From Candidatus Binatia bacterium (GTDB lineage: Bacteria; Desulfobacterota; Binatia; Bin18), in NCBI GenBank assembly GCA_963666315.2, contig CAXXHG010000003.1, positions 8,134-72,133 on the forward strand: a stretch of 64,000 nucleotides of DNA, read 5' to 3'. This document shows positions 19,277-30,263 of the stretch, in pieces. The notes under the pieces were generated by a model. That model worked only from the letters and a program-made list of their open reading frames with translations. It had not been told where the DNA came from and did not search any database. Within the stretch, counting starts at the first letter, position 1, and each line of letters opens with the position of its first letter. Made by a program: the position numbers and the translations under genes.

Positions 19277-20109
19277 CCGGCCCTCTGCTCACAGCCCCAT
19301 TCGATTCCATTGCGCAGCAACTGCTCAAACGCAGAGGTTTCCCACGCACCGCGAAAGAGCTGAGGAGTGGTCCCGGAATCATCCACACTCGCATCCACAA
19401 ACGGCTGCACATTGCTTGCTGGAGAATGACAGTGCCCGAGTGCGATATAGGTCACACTGCCCTTGCCGAGTTCCCGCGTATAGCCGAGCACCCGAGTTTT
19501 GCCGTCCGGCTGGAGTGCGGTGTCTGTGTCATACACAAAGCCGAACCCTGGAGGCGAAGGGTCCTTGGCCAGTTCGGTGGTCAGAAAGACCTGCGATGCC
19601 GCAGGATCTTGAAGCTCAATCAAATACAGTTCGTCCATCACCTCAAACGAAGCGGGTAGGTTTTTGGTCAGGACATGCCCCGGGCTCGTTACATCGACTT
19701 GGAACTTCCGGAGTGGTGGGTGGTTCAGGAAAAAGCCGCCCAAGGTGCTGTGGTGGTCGGCCTTGACCATCTTGCGGACGGTGCGATCATTCCCTACGGG
19801 AGTCGCCTTCCCTCCACTTGTTCCGTGCAAGCCAAGCCAGCGTCCCCCGTCTTCAAGCCACCGTCTGAGGAATCGATTCTGTTCTGCGTTTGGAAACGGA
19901 CCGGCGACATAGGTAATGAACAGCTGACTACCGGGCAGCCATTTTTCAATGTCTGTAAAGTCATTGCTTACGGTCGTAGACACGTTGGTGTTCTCTTGAA
20001 GCAGCTGGAGAATTCTGAGACGAGCGTAATCCATATCGTGCCCAGCTGGAGAACCAACCGGAAATCCACCAGCGATAAGATGTACGCGAACGGGTTGGAG
20101 TCTCGTCAT
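19273..20109 (-). CDS. ThuA-like domain protein
   Basis: GHDMDYARL, GGRWLGLHGT, GGFFLNHPP, DELY, YIALGH. Confidence 0.82.
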   Translation of the reverse strand: MTRLQPVRVHLIAGGFPVGSPAGHDMDYARLRILQLLQENTNVSTTVSNDFTDIEKWLPGSQLFITYVAGPFPNAEQNRFLRRWLEDGGRWLGLHGTSGGKATPVGNDRTVRKMVKADHHSTLGGFFLNHPPLRKFQVDVTSPGHVLTKNLPASFEVMDELYLIELQDPAASQVFLTTELAKDPSPPGFGFVYDTDTALQPDGKTRVLGYTRELGKGSVTYIALGHCHSPASNVQPFVDASVDDSGTTPQLFRGAWETSAFEQLLRNGIEWGCEQRAG

Positions 20110-20301
20110 TGGAATGTCTCCTTTTTTCTCTACGCTGCCAGCCATGCATAGCAAGACAGGCTCTCTTCTACAGTAACTTCAAACAGCAAGCCATATAACC
20201 TGGGTGGCACGAGCGTCGCCCCTCTTTTGACAGTCACGAAAAACACATACTATTTACGATTCTGTACGCAGCGTATCACGAGCTCATTGCAGAGGAGCAG
20301 C

Positions 20302-21588
20302 ATGTCGGCGCAAGCGATTGAGGCCACCCGTTTTCTTTCTCACACCGAAGTCCGCAGGATCGCGCAGAAGTTTGGGACGCCGACCTATGTGTACGACGAA
20401 GCACGCCTCAGTCAGGGCGCAAAAAATGTGCTGAATTTCCCGAACGCGTTTGGTTTGACCCCGCGTTATGCCATGAAGGCGCTGCCGAATGGGAACATCC
20501 TACGGCTGCTCGACCGCCTGGGACTTCATTTTGATGCCAGCTCAGGGTTTGAAGTGCAGCGGGCAATGAAAGCGGGCATTGCGGCTGAAAAAATCGCCCT
20601 GACCGCCCAAGAGTTGCCAGAGAATTTCAAAGATTTACACGAAGCAGGTACGCTGCTGAATGCGTGTTCGCTCGACCAGCTGCGCTATTTTGGACGGAAT
20701 TTTCCAGGTCAGGAACTCGGCATCCGTCTCAATCCAGGACTCGGTTCTGGTGGGACAAATCGCACTAACGTGGGTGGCCCAGCCGCGAGCTTCGGCATCT
20801 GGCATGAGGATAGAGAAGAAGTGCAGGCCATCACCAGGCAACACAATCTCAAGGTGGTGAGAATACACACCCATATCGGCTCGGGCTCTGACCCTCGCGT
20901 GTGGCAAAACGTGGCCGGGCTGAGCATGAGCCTGCTAGAGCATTTCCCCGATGCGCATACCCTCAACTTGGGCGGCGGCTACAAGATCGGCCGCATGGCG
21001 AATGAAGTTTCGACTGACCTGCAAGAAGTCGGTCAGCCGGTCGTGCAGACCTTTATTGCGTTCAGGGAAGCAACGGGCAGAAGAATCCGTTTGGAAGTTG
21101 AGCCAGGTACGTATCTCGTGGCAAACGCCGGGTGTGTGATTACGACCGTTCAGGATCTCACCAGCACGGGCAAGGAGGGGTACCACTTTCTCAAGATCAA
21201 CAGCGGTATGACCGAAGTCCTGCGGCCGAGCATGTACGGGGCCCAACATCCGCTCGTAGTCGTACCTGCGGATGAGGAAGGCGAGCAAGAGCAGCGGCCC
21301 GTTCGCGCAGCCATCGTTGCCGGACACTGCTGTGAATCCGGCGATATTCTGACCCCGTCAGCTGCTGACCCCGAAGCCCTTGCACCGCGCGCATTGCTCG
21401 AAGCAAAGATCGGAGACTATCTCGTGATCGAAGGGGCAGGCGCGTATTGCTCCGGTATGAGTTCAAAAAATTACAACTCTTTTCCGGAAGCACCGGAAGT
21501 ACTCTATCGTGGACCGGATCAAGAGCCGTTGTTGATCCGAAAACGTCAGACGCTGGATCAGATTATTCAGAATGAAGTGTTGGAGTAG
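20302..21588 (+). CDS. lysA: Diaminopimelate decarboxylase
   Basis: [53 protein letters not shown]. Confidence 0.92.
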   Translation: MSAQAIEATRFLSHTEVRRIAQKFGTPTYVYDEARLSQGAKNVLNFPNAFGLTPRYAMKALPNGNILRLLDRLGLHFDASSGFEVQRAMKAGIAAEKIALTAQELPENFKDLHEAGTLLNACSLDQLRYFGRNFPGQELGIRLNPGLGSGGTNRTNVGGPAASFGIWHEDREEVQAITRQHNLKVVRIHTHIGSGSDPRVWQNVAGLSMSLLEHFPDAHTLNLGGGYKIGRMANEVSTDLQEVGQPVVQTFIAFREATGRRIRLEVEPGTYLVANAGCVITTVQDLTSTGKEGYHFLKINSGMTEVLRPSMYGAQHPLVVVPADEEGEQEQRPVRAAIVAGHCCESGDILTPSAADPEALAPRALLEAKIGDYLVIEGAGAYCSGMSSKNYNSFPEAPEVLYRGPDQEPLLIRKRQTLDQIIQNEVLE

Positions 21589-21621
21589 ATAGGGCATCCG
21601 CAACGATCTGGGGGAAAGAGA

Positions 21622-22440
21622 TTAGAGGACTCGCGACCTTTTCGCGTATCGTAAGCGACCATAACTCTCCCATAGTTCTGATAGATAGCTGAGCCACCAC
21701 TCCCGGCGTCGCGCCTTGACACTGGCAAACCACCGGCACGCGGGATACAGAGCCAAGACGATCGCGATCCAGAAAAGATACACCGGGCCAAGGCCCACGC
21801 CAAACTCTGTGGGGTAGCGCCAGCACTCGATGGCGATGTCCGGAATTGGAAAACCCTGCCAGAGCCCGACCCCAAGCGCGACACAGTGAATCACGTACAA
21901 GTGCAGGACGTAGAAGAAGAACGGGACGCGGCCGACGACAACCAGCGCCTGCGCCCAATTGCCTTTGATCCGCTCGAATATCCCGAGCAGCATAAACGCC
22001 GGCCCCAGCGTCATCAGCAGAAACTGGAGAGACGCCGGATACTTCGTGGTATGGAAGAAATCGACCAGTGTGGTTTCGAAGGTGTCATGGACGGACCAGG
22101 AATTGGGCTCCCCGTAGAGGCTCGGGAGCCGTAGCGCGAAGAATGCCAATACTAACAGGACGCCGGTCCACACCAGACGGCGTGGGCGCTCCCGATTGGC
22201 AGCCACAAACACCGGCCCGATAACGTATCCCAGCGCCATCACGCCGATCCACGGAATCAGCGGATACCCGACAATGCCCATAGTGGTCCCGCCAATCGTG
22301 GCCGTCCCTTGGATGTGAAGAATGAGCCAAGCGGCCGAGGCGCTCTCTGCGGTCGGCTGGATTGTGTCAAGGAGATTGTGGCCGAGTATTATCGCCAGGC
22401 TGATCCATGCGCCGCAGCCACACCAATCCCGCCAGCGCTA
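21622..22440 (-). pseudogene. 5'-truncated DUF1624/HGSNAT-like membrane protein
   Basis: GHNLLD, YPLIPWIGVM, KYPASLQFLLMTLG, GRVPFFFY. N-terminal part missing and frame broken near 22410. Confidence 0.75.
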
Positions 22441-22518
22441 GATTCAGCCCAGCTTGATTTGTTTGCTGGAGTTTAGCAGCTAGAGAAATTGGGCTTCAAG
22501 GCGTTATGATCATTTGCT

Positions 22519-23286
22519 TCAGCGTTTGTCAGCCTCCAAATTTTTCTTGAGCGAATCTCCTATAAACGGTCGCAACCAATACGGGTTGAGGAATTCGTTT
22601 TCAATAAAGTCTTTATCAGCACACAGAAATGTGCCGTGGTCCATTGTCGTCCAATAGGCATAAAACCGGTCACGAAGTACCGCGTCGGCTATCCTGAAAT
22701 TACCCTTTTTCTCACGTTTCTTTAGCCACTTGTGCATGGCGTCGAATGCTTCAAGACCGGCTTGTTGCCACAAAACACGTCCGCCACTATATTTTTTGTA
22801 TAAATGACGTTGGAGCTTCCAGTTGGCGACCATCCAGCCGGCAAAACGTCGCCCCGGCGGACTCAGTTTTGCGTCGATAGTGCTGCGTTCACTCTCCAGC
22901 TTTTTCTTCTCTTCAGCAGCAAGATCAGGCTTCGCAAGCGCCCGCTCAATGTTTTTGCGGCGCTCTTTGATCGGATGATCTTGGGCCTGAATGCGCACCT
23001 CATGCCAGCTATCAAAATGTCTTGTCGCAGTTGAGACTTCTCGCTCGGTTGGCCGGAGGTCTTCCCGCTGAGCCGCCCGGTATCGCAGCATAACCGGATG
23101 ACTGAATAGATTATGGAGTTCATCCATGAGGGCGATTCCCTCTTTGGCCGATAGTTGGTCTCGATACACGGGTTCCCCGAAGACCTCGCCGATCTGCTCG
23201 CGCGGTTTTTCTTCAGCCAGAGCAAGAACGGGGGAAACAAGTAAGAGACACAAGGCAAGCAGTCTTTGTAATTGGATACCTGTCAT
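22519..23286 (-). CDS. Hypothetical exported protein
   Basis: Signal peptide ending ALA, YSGGRVLWQQAGLEAFDA segment. Confidence 0.65.
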   Translation of the reverse strand: MTGIQLQRLLALCLLLVSPVLALAEEKPREQIGEVFGEPVYRDQLSAKEGIALMDELHNLFSHPVMLRYRAAQREDLRPTEREVSTATRHFDSWHEVRIQAQDHPIKERRKNIERALAKPDLAAEEKKKLESERSTIDAKLSPPGRRFAGWMVANWKLQRHLYKKYSGGRVLWQQAGLEAFDAMHKWLKKREKKGNFRIADAVLRDRFYAYWTTMDHGTFLCADKDFIENEFLNPYWLRPFIGDSLKKNLEADKR

Positions 23287-23505
23287 GCATTTTCCTTTCA
23301 CACGGCTTTCCGCCACAAGAGAAAACGTTTGTTCTCGGTCTCTACCATGGCAGGAAAATCACACAGAAAAAACTCCACTGGGCCTTGCCTTAGACAACTC
23401 CGCCTTGCTTTTACACAGCCGATTTCTCATTCACTTCTGAGCGGCCCCATGATAGATCTCTCCTCACGTAGTCACAGGTGACATAGTTACAGGTGAGGAG
23501 ACTTC

Positions 23506-24516
23506 GTGAAATACCAATACACTGTCTACGGCATTGAACTCAGCCTGTTCACCCGCAAACTCGAAGCGGCCATGATTTTTTACAATGCGCCGTTTGAGCG
23601 CAAGCCGAAAACACAAGACAATCGGAAAGAAATCGAACATCGTTCAGGTACGCACCAAGTGCCGGTTTTGCATACGCCAGAGAATTGGATGATAGGTGAT
23701 ACCACGCCGCTCCTCATGATGCTGGATAATCGTTATCCTGCACGAGCCATGTTTCCCACTGGTCCGCTTGGCGTACTGGTGCATGTAGTCGAAGAATTCT
23801 TGGACGAGTGGGTTGCCCGCGTCATGGTCCACTATCGCTGGCACTATGAAGACAGTAGCCGTTTTGCCGCCGAACAGATTACACGCGCAACCATCCCGGA
23901 CGCCGACGAGGCCACGATTGCCGCAGCAATCAAAAATGCTCCCATTGCTGAATGGGGAAAACGCGCCTGTCGCGCCACCGGCACCGCGTCCGGGCAGCAA
24001 CAGAAAGCGGCGGAGGCAGAATACAAGCGTATTCTCGACGCCGTAGATCTACAACTGCAACTCGCGCCGTATTTGCTCGGCAGCTGTCCCTGCGCCGTGG
24101 ATACTATCGTCTTAGGTGGTTTACGCGCGCATACCTATATGGACCCCGACCCGAAAAAGATTGTGTCTCAGTATCCGCGTATTGTGAAGTGGTGCGAACA
24201 GGATGCCGATCAATGGGACGGTAATGGAGAGTTAGCACCCTTCCCAGAATCTACACCCTTTGCGCAAATGATACTGTCCGAAATGCCAACGACTTATAAG
24301 CCGTACATTTTGGCGAATGCCCAAGCTCAGGCCAACGGCGATAAAGCCTTTATTGTCACAACCTATGAAGAAGAGGTTAGCTACCTCTCGCGACCGTATC
24401 CGGAGTTATCCCGACAGATGATCGTCAACCGCATTGCCAATCAAATCAATGCAGAAGAGCGTCAGGCCGCACAGGAGTGGTTAGCCACGGTCGGTCTGGC
24501 GGCGTGTTTTCAATAA
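23506..24516 (+). CDS. Glutathione S-transferase family protein
   Basis: SLFTRKL, QVPVL, DTTP, EEFLDEW, PYLLG. GAGGAG RBS. Confidence 0.85.
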   Translation: MKYQYTVYGIELSLFTRKLEAAMIFYNAPFERKPKTQDNRKEIEHRSGTHQVPVLHTPENWMIGDTTPLLMMLDNRYPARAMFPTGPLGVLVHVVEEFLDEWVARVMVHYRWHYEDSSRFAAEQITRATIPDADEATIAAAIKNAPIAEWGKRACRATGTASGQQQKAAEAEYKRILDAVDLQLQLAPYLLGSCPCAVDTIVLGGLRAHTYMDPDPKKIVSQYPRIVKWCEQDADQWDGNGELAPFPESTPFAQMILSEMPTTYKPYILANAQAQANGDKAFIVTTYEEEVSYLSRPYPELSRQMIVNRIANQINAEERQAAQEWLATVGLAACFQ

Positions 24517-24549
24517 TCCGCTACTACTCTTTCTTCAGGAGAATTCACA

Positions 24550-25644
24550 ATGCCAAAGAAAAAAGTTCTTGTCGCCGGCGCTTCAGGCCTAGTTGGCTAT
24601 GCTGCGGTTGAGCATTTCGCGCAACACACCGATTGGGACGTAGTTGGCGTTTCGCGCCGCATTCCAGCTGGTCTAGCAGGAGCCGAAATCATATCAGTCG
24701 ATTTGACGGACAAAGCGCGCTGCGCCCAGGTCTTCGGCCAAATGTCGGATGTCACTCACCTCATATATGCCGCGCTGTACGAAAAGCCCGGCCTGGTCGA
24801 GGGCTGGTTCCAGAAAGATCAAATGGACACCAACCTCGCCATGCTGAACAATCTCTTCTCCCCGCTCGAAGCTGTAGCTCAGGACTTACAGCACGTCTCT
24901 CTGCTGCAAGGTACCAAAGCTTATGGGGTCCATATTGAACCGTTTCCAGTGCCGGCCCGCGAACGTTGGCCACGCCATCAACATGAGAACTTCTATTGGC
25001 TCCAAGAAGACTATTTGCGCGAGCGGCAGCCGGGCAAGAACTGGCACTGGACCGTGTGGCGACCCCAACTCATTCTGGGACAGTCACTTGGCAGCCATAT
25101 GAACGTGATCCCCGCGCTTGGTGTGTATGCGGCCTTACGCCGTGAGGCCGGCCTGCCGTTATCCTTTCCGGGTGGACCGCCCACCGTGTTCGAGGCGATT
25201 GATGCCGGACTGATTGCTCGGGCATGCGAATGGGCCGGCAGCGCACAGACGGCCCAAAACGAGATTTTTAATATGACCAATGGCGATGTCTTTATCTGGC
25301 AGAATGTCTGGCCTGCTATCGCTGACTCCTTGGGCATGGAAGTCGGCCCACCGGAACAACTCGCGCTTGCTGAAGAAATGCCCAAACATGAAACCGAGTG
25401 GGCAGCCATCGTACGGAAATATGATTTGCGTGCGCCAACGAGTCTAAAAGAATTTGTCGGACAGTCTTTTATTCTGGCTGATTTCGCTTTCGGCTTTGGG
25501 ATACGTGATGCCGCCGCGTCACCCATACTCGTGAGCACCATCAAACTGCGTCAGGCCGGCTTCCGCGAGTGTATGGACACCGAGGACAATTTTCGGGCGT
25601 GCTTCAAAAAATTCCAAGACGCGCAGCTGTTGCCACCAGTCTAG
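24550..25644 (+). CDS. PRISE-type (progesterone 5-beta-reductase-like) atypical SDR
   Basis: GASGLVG, LLQGTKAYG, ENFYWLQED, WTVWRP, FNMTNGD, STIKLRQAGF. Confidence 0.82.
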   Translation: MPKKKVLVAGASGLVGYAAVEHFAQHTDWDVVGVSRRIPAGLAGAEIISVDLTDKARCAQVFGQMSDVTHLIYAALYEKPGLVEGWFQKDQMDTNLAMLNNLFSPLEAVAQDLQHVSLLQGTKAYGVHIEPFPVPARERWPRHQHENFYWLQEDYLRERQPGKNWHWTVWRPQLILGQSLGSHMNVIPALGVYAALRREAGLPLSFPGGPPTVFEAIDAGLIARACEWAGSAQTAQNEIFNMTNGDVFIWQNVWPAIADSLGMEVGPPEQLALAEEMPKHETEWAAIVRKYDLRAPTSLKEFVGQSFILADFAFGFGIRDAAASPILVSTIKLRQAGFRECMDTEDNFRACFKKFQDAQLLPPV

Positions 25645-25702
25645 CATGTATGCATATAGGTCATAACAATCCAAAAACGAGTCACACCAAAGGAGGTAGT
25701 AT

Positions 25703-25987
25703 ATGTCAGCATATCTGATCGTTCAGGCGGATATTACTGATCCGGAAAAATTTCCGGAGTACCAAAAGTTAGCTGCTCCTGCCGTCCAAAAATACAACGG
25801 TAAGATTCTCGGGCGCGGCGTGCCGGATACCGTGGAAGGCCAGTGGGAGGCTCCCCTTGTCCTCATCATCGAGTTCGAGTCGGTCGAGATCGCCAAGGAT
25901 TTTTTCAACTCTCCGGAGTACACCGCAGCCCGCGAAGCGCGCGCGAATACGGCCAAGTTTGTGATGTCGATTATCCGGGGAGGGTAG
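25703..25987 (+). CDS. DUF1330 family protein
   Basis: AYLIVQ, YNGK, VEG.W, IIEFES, SPEY..AR. Confidence 0.88.
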   Translation: MSAYLIVQADITDPEKFPEYQKLAAPAVQKYNGKILGRGVPDTVEGQWEAPLVLIIEFESVEIAKDFFNSPEYTAAREARANTAKFVMSIIRGG

Positions 25988-25995
25988 CGAGCTTA

Positions 25996-26021
25996 GGCGG
26001 GTCATTATGATCCGCCCTTAC
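25996..26021. repeat. REP-like palindrome
   Basis: GGCGGGTCATTATGATCCGCCCTTAC. Confidence 0.55.
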
Positions 26022-26121
26022 TTTATTTTTCCTCTTTTGGCACAGGGGTTGAAAGGCTGGACGTTCTCGCAGCCGGTCGTAGTATTTAATCAGCGTAGGG
26101 AACGCATCAAAGCTAATTTAA

Positions 26122-26658
26122 TCCCCTCCTTGAAGGGGTGGCGCGTAGCGCCGGGGTGGGTTTCCGAGATTCTATCCACTGCTTAATCGCTGCTAACATT
26201 CCTTACAAGATTCTGCTTCACATCTTCATCCTGAAAACGCAAAAACTGTACGCCCAGCGATTCCAATCGTTCTTGACGGAATTGATCTCTAATCTGACCC
26301 TGCTCATCGTCGTGGGTCACTCCATCAATCTCAATGACCAGCATTAATTCCTTACAGAAGAAGTCTATAATGAATTCGTCAAGCGGGCGCTGACGGTCGA
26401 AGTCGTAGCCGTTCAACTGTTTGCCTTTCACATGTTGCCATAACATCACTTCCGCCCGCATAATGTTTTTCCGAAGCTGGCGGGCGCGGTCTTTCAGGCG
26501 CGGGTTGTAGGGAATGACTTTGCGCTGCATACCTTTTTATCCCTCTCGGGAAGGGTGGCCGGTCAGCGGAGCTGGCGGTCGGGGTGGGTTTAGCCTGGGT
26601 GCCCCATGAAAGAGATTACCCACCCCGTCGCTTCGCAACACCCCTCCGAAGGAGGGGA
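26122..26658. repeat. Three related 40-50 bp palindromic repeats flanking the DUF559 gene (26122-26161, 26540-26589, inverted 26618-26658)
   Basis: All share a TCCCC/TCCCT start, a GGGT core and a GGGGTGGGT end when read in the same orientation. Confidence 0.8.
26183..26530 (-). CDS. DUF559 endonuclease-like protein, probably degenerate or 3'-truncated
   Basis: IPYNPRLKDRARQLRK, FDRQRP, IIDFFC, IEIDGVTH, RQERLESLG. Confidence 0.85.
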   Translation of the reverse strand: MQRKVIPYNPRLKDRARQLRKNIMRAEVMLWQHVKGKQLNGYDFDRQRPLDEFIIDFFCKELMLVIEIDGVTHDDEQGQIRDQFRQERLESLGVQFLRFQDEDVKQNLVRNVSSD

Positions 26659-26720
26659 TGAGAGTTCTCGGTAGCATGCGACATGCGGGATACACAACCC
26701 TGAAAGAAAGTCGTGTATCC

Positions 26721-27215
26721 CTACACCTCGTTAAACTCAGGTTGGTACTTCGCAGTGCCGACTTTGCCCCGGTTTGCTCCCTTACGAAGTTCAAGGGCCA
26801 TAAAGACCTCATCGGGAACGTTGTATTCACACCGCACTCCATAGCTGACTTGCGGGTCGTTGTACTCGGCATGACCCAGTACAACGACCCGCTCATGGCC
26901 TACCTTCCGACATTCCTCAAGCCCCGCTTTTATCAACAATGAACCAATGCCTTGCCTCTGGAGTTCAGGCAGAACGGCCGTCGGCCCAAGGCTCACGGCG
27001 GGATAGGTCTCGTTGTCCGACTCGATAGTAACCGGACTAAAAAGGATATGTCCGACAATACTACCCTCTTGGACCGCGACCAGGGAAAGCGTTATTTGTC
27101 CCCGTTCTCGAAGCGCGCCCACAAGTTCGGCTTAGGCAGGCTGGCCAAAAGCTCACACATTAACAGAGTAAATAGACGCAGGATCTCCAGGTCCTTCATG
27201 TCGGACTCTCACCAT
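26721..27215 (-). pseudogene. GNAT N-acetyltransferase (YhbS-like) with two in-frame stops
   Basis: MVRVRHE...NV*AFGQPA*AELVGALR, then VGHILFSPV and QRQGIG. The usual YYPRFGF segment is missing. Confidence 0.8.
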
Positions 27216-27232
27216 ACTGAGGGCACGAGAGG

Positions 27233-28087
27233 CTAGCCCTGCTGCACAGCCTTTTGCCTGGACCGATATGTTCTTGCCGACAGAGAGCTCACCAACGACG
27301 GCGAAAGCCGGCTCATCCACCAAAAGATTCTCCACCAGCCAGGAATAATGATAATCGCGCTGTTCCGAGCAAGCGCGTCGAGGGCTTTCACCGCAAACGA
27401 AGCCGGGTCCAGAGGCCGGGTGCGTTCTAATATTTTGTCCTCTAGCTGCTTGGATATCGGCTGCAACCGTTTACCGTATTTACCGCCCTGCAATATGGGC
27501 GTCCGAATCACCCCAGGGCAGAAGGCACTGACGCGTATCCCATGCGGCGCGGCTTCAATACGGAGTGACTTTGACAGACCCACTACCGCGTGTTTGGTCG
27601 TGGCATAGCTGACCCCCATCGGCATCGGGAGCAGCCCGGCCATAGAAGCCGTATTCACAATATGACCGTAACCTTGACGAATCATGATGGGATAAGCAGC
27701 CTGCACCCCATTCACTACACCATACAGATTTACGTCCAGCACGGCCTTCCAGTCGTCTATGCTGTACAGGCTGACTTCTCCTCCAATCGCGATACCAGCA
27801 TTATTAAACATATAGTCTAGCCGGCCTTGCGCCTGGGCAGTCTCCTGGACGAGCTGCTCCACCGCGCTGAAGTTGGTGACGTCCAATTCGGCCGCAGATG
27901 CTGTACCGCCGCTCTCTCGAATTCCGGTGGCGACCTCTTGTGCAACTGTCAGCTGACGGTCAGCTAGGACAACAGACGCGCCGCGCCGTGCCAGGGTCTC
28001 ACCCAATGCGCAACCAATCCCCGAGGCCCCGCCGGTGACAATCGCAACCGCACCATCAAAAATACGAAGCGCATTTTCCTGAGCCAT
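27233..28087 (-). CDS. SDR oxidoreductase
   Basis: TGGASGIG, NNAGI, YATTK. Confidence 0.92.
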   Translation of the reverse strand: MAQENALRIFDGAVAIVTGGASGIGCALGETLARRGASVVLADRQLTVAQEVATGIRESGGTASAAELDVTNFSAVEQLVQETAQAQGRLDYMFNNAGIAIGGEVSLYSIDDWKAVLDVNLYGVVNGVQAAYPIMIRQGYGHIVNTASMAGLLPMPMGVSYATTKHAVVGLSKSLRIEAAPHGIRVSAFCPGVIRTPILQGGKYGKRLQPISKQLEDKILERTRPLDPASFAVKALDALARNSAIIIIPGWWRIFWWMSRLSPSLVSSLSARTYRSRQKAVQQG

Positions 28088-28089
28088 GT

Positions 28090-28428
28090 TTAATCAGCCA
28101 ACGGCACAACGCCGACGACAACAGCGCCGTCTCCAATCACTCGAGTGGTATGCCCACTGCCCGTCAGGTCTGCTGCCAGAACCCCGTCGCCTGGCCCGCA
28201 GCGTTGGACGGAGCCATCCTTGAACCCAATCTCCAGCTGGCCCTTAAAGACAATCACATACTGCCGCCGCGGGGCGTTATGCCAATCCATGGCGGTTCCA
28301 GCTGGAAGTTCTCGAAAGAAAATCTCCTTTGTCGCCTGGGGCGTTTCTTGGCTAGGTTGGGCACTCAACGCCGGCTCCTTAATATGCGACTGTCCATCGT
28401 CGCCCGCATACATATGAAAAATGCTCAT
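28090..28428 (-). CDS. Cupin domain protein
   Basis: YAGDDGQSH, DWHNAPRRQY, DLTGSGHT. AGGAG RBS. Confidence 0.82.
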   Translation of the reverse strand: MSIFHMYAGDDGQSHIKEPALSAQPSQETPQATKEIFFRELPAGTAMDWHNAPRRQYVIVFKGQLEIGFKDGSVQRCGPGDGVLAADLTGSGHTTRVIGDGAVVVGVVPLAD

Positions 28429-28633
28429 GTATCTCCTCCTGTTCCTCTTGCCACTCCTTAGTGACAATTCTTCCGGCTCTACTTGAATAAAAACGGCCTG
28501 GGGCTCATCCCCAGCTGTGCGACTACCACAGGAGAGGTAGGACGGAAAGACGTAAGGGAGTGTACACCGTACGCGCGTAGGACACACTTTCATCCCTTGT
28601 CAGCATATAGGGCGAAGGATAGGGCTGACCGTT

Positions 28634-29834
28634 ATGCCGAACCCTCCAGCAGTCTCTTTCTCTTCACATGCATCGCAATCAGCGCCCGAGGTCCTCTTTA
28701 CGAAAGACTTTCTTCTGCTGTGCCACATTTTTGTTCTTTGCCTTTATGTTTTTGATCTTACCCATCCTGCCACCTTTTATTATCCGCGAATTGCACTGGA
28801 CAGAATCTCAGGTCGGCCTCATTATGGGTGCATTTGCGGCCGCATCGATCTTGTCCCGGCCAGCTTCAGGAAGAATAGTTGAAAGCCGGAGTGGCAAATT
28901 CGGTTTGGCCCTAGGGGCGCTCATCTACTGCTTAGCGCCCCTATTCTACACCTTTGCTGATTCGGTAGCGGGCATGCTAGTCGTACGGTTTTGCCACGGA
29001 GCTGGAATCGCCTTCTTTACCACGGCGTCTAGCGTGCTGGTTGCTGATCTGGCTCCCGCCTCTGGGCGGGGTGAGGCGATGGGCTAGTTCGGCATGATGC
29101 TTAATCTCGCCCTGGCCTGCGGACCTTTTGTAGGGGCCGCCCTTGTCGAACGTGCGGGCTTTCGCGCCCTCTTTTTGCCCGCTTCTGCCCTGGGCCGGGC
29201 AAGCTTGGTTATTCTGCCTTTCCTGTCCGAGCCAAACCGACCAGATTGGAGTGTTCAAGGACCCAAGCCTATCAAACGCCCGCCATTATTGAGTCGGGCC
29301 GCTCTCTTGCCGGGTTGTGTCGCCGCCTGCATGTCGATGACTGTCGGATCGATCCTCGTTTTCCTGCCCCTCTTGGTGCAGGAGCGTCAGTTGGGAAATC
29401 CGGGTCTCTACTTTGTGGTCTTTTCGACTGTTGTCATTATCACTCGTCCGATTACAGGCAAATGGTCGGATCGGTTCGGTCGGGGGGTGATTATTATCCC
29501 CGGACTGCTCTTGCTCGCGCTTGCCATGACCGTCTTGGCCCATGCCGATACTTTGCCTTGGCTGCTGAGTGCCGCCGCAATCCAGGGGGTTGGATTTGGC
29601 AGTGTCCAACCCGCGCTATTCGCTCTTGGGATTGACCGCTCGACCGAACAGACGCGAGGCCCAGTGCTGGCCACCCTGATGATGGCCTTAGACCTTGGTC
29701 ATACTCTGAGCGGTATTGGGTTAGGTCTCGTTCTTCAGCAGACCAATTTTACGGTGATGTATCTGTGCGTGGCCGGCATTGCGCTGCTTGGGGCGGGAGT
29801 GTTTACCGCTGGAACGAGAGTACAGCGGTCATGA
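28634..29834 (+). pseudogene. MFS transporter with a frameshift (about 28715) and an in-frame TAG (29085-29087)
   Basis: LFTKDF start in one frame, TM helices in another, RGEAMG*FG, WSDRFGR motif. Confidence 0.82.
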
Positions 29835-29846
29835 AGGCGGTGAAGT

Positions 29847-30221
29847 TTATTGGCGGGTTACGCTGCGCTCACCCGCCCTACGAACTATAGTCATAGTGAA
29901 GAGATCCTCGACCATACCCATACCATTTGGGCTATTGATTCCTGAACCGGCACAGGGCGCTCCATCAGGCACTGCAAGAAAAAACTGACACGCGCCAGCC
30001 TTTTTTTTATATCCCTGAACAATCCCTGCTGTGATCACCGCATCAAGTTGAGCACCCCGTGTTCGAGCACCTTTCAGATGATCTTGTTGTACCAAGGTGT
30101 GTAGTTTTTCCCAGTGCTCTCCTGACGAGACAGGGAGTAATTCTACGTTGGCTGAAATATTGGGAAGCGCGCTAGTGAGTATCATTTGCAAAGTTGGCAC
30201 CTGTTCCTCGTAATCATGCAA
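29847..30221 (-). pseudogene. Degenerate GNAT-like fragment
   Basis: CQFFLA, GMGMVEDLFT, then runs into a REP. Confidence 0.4.
29852..29881. repeat. GTAG-type REP
   Basis: Reverse complement GTAGGGCGGGTGAGCGCAGCGTAACCCGCC. A degenerate relative lies at 13238-13266. Confidence 0.7.
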
Positions 30222-30263
30222 AGCGAGATATGCGCTGAAGAAATCGGGCGTGTATGCTCGTTC

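Noticed and set aside
26122-26658. Repeats around DUF559 as a CRISPR array
   Set aside because: Only three degenerate copies in mixed orientation with irregular spacing and no cas genes.
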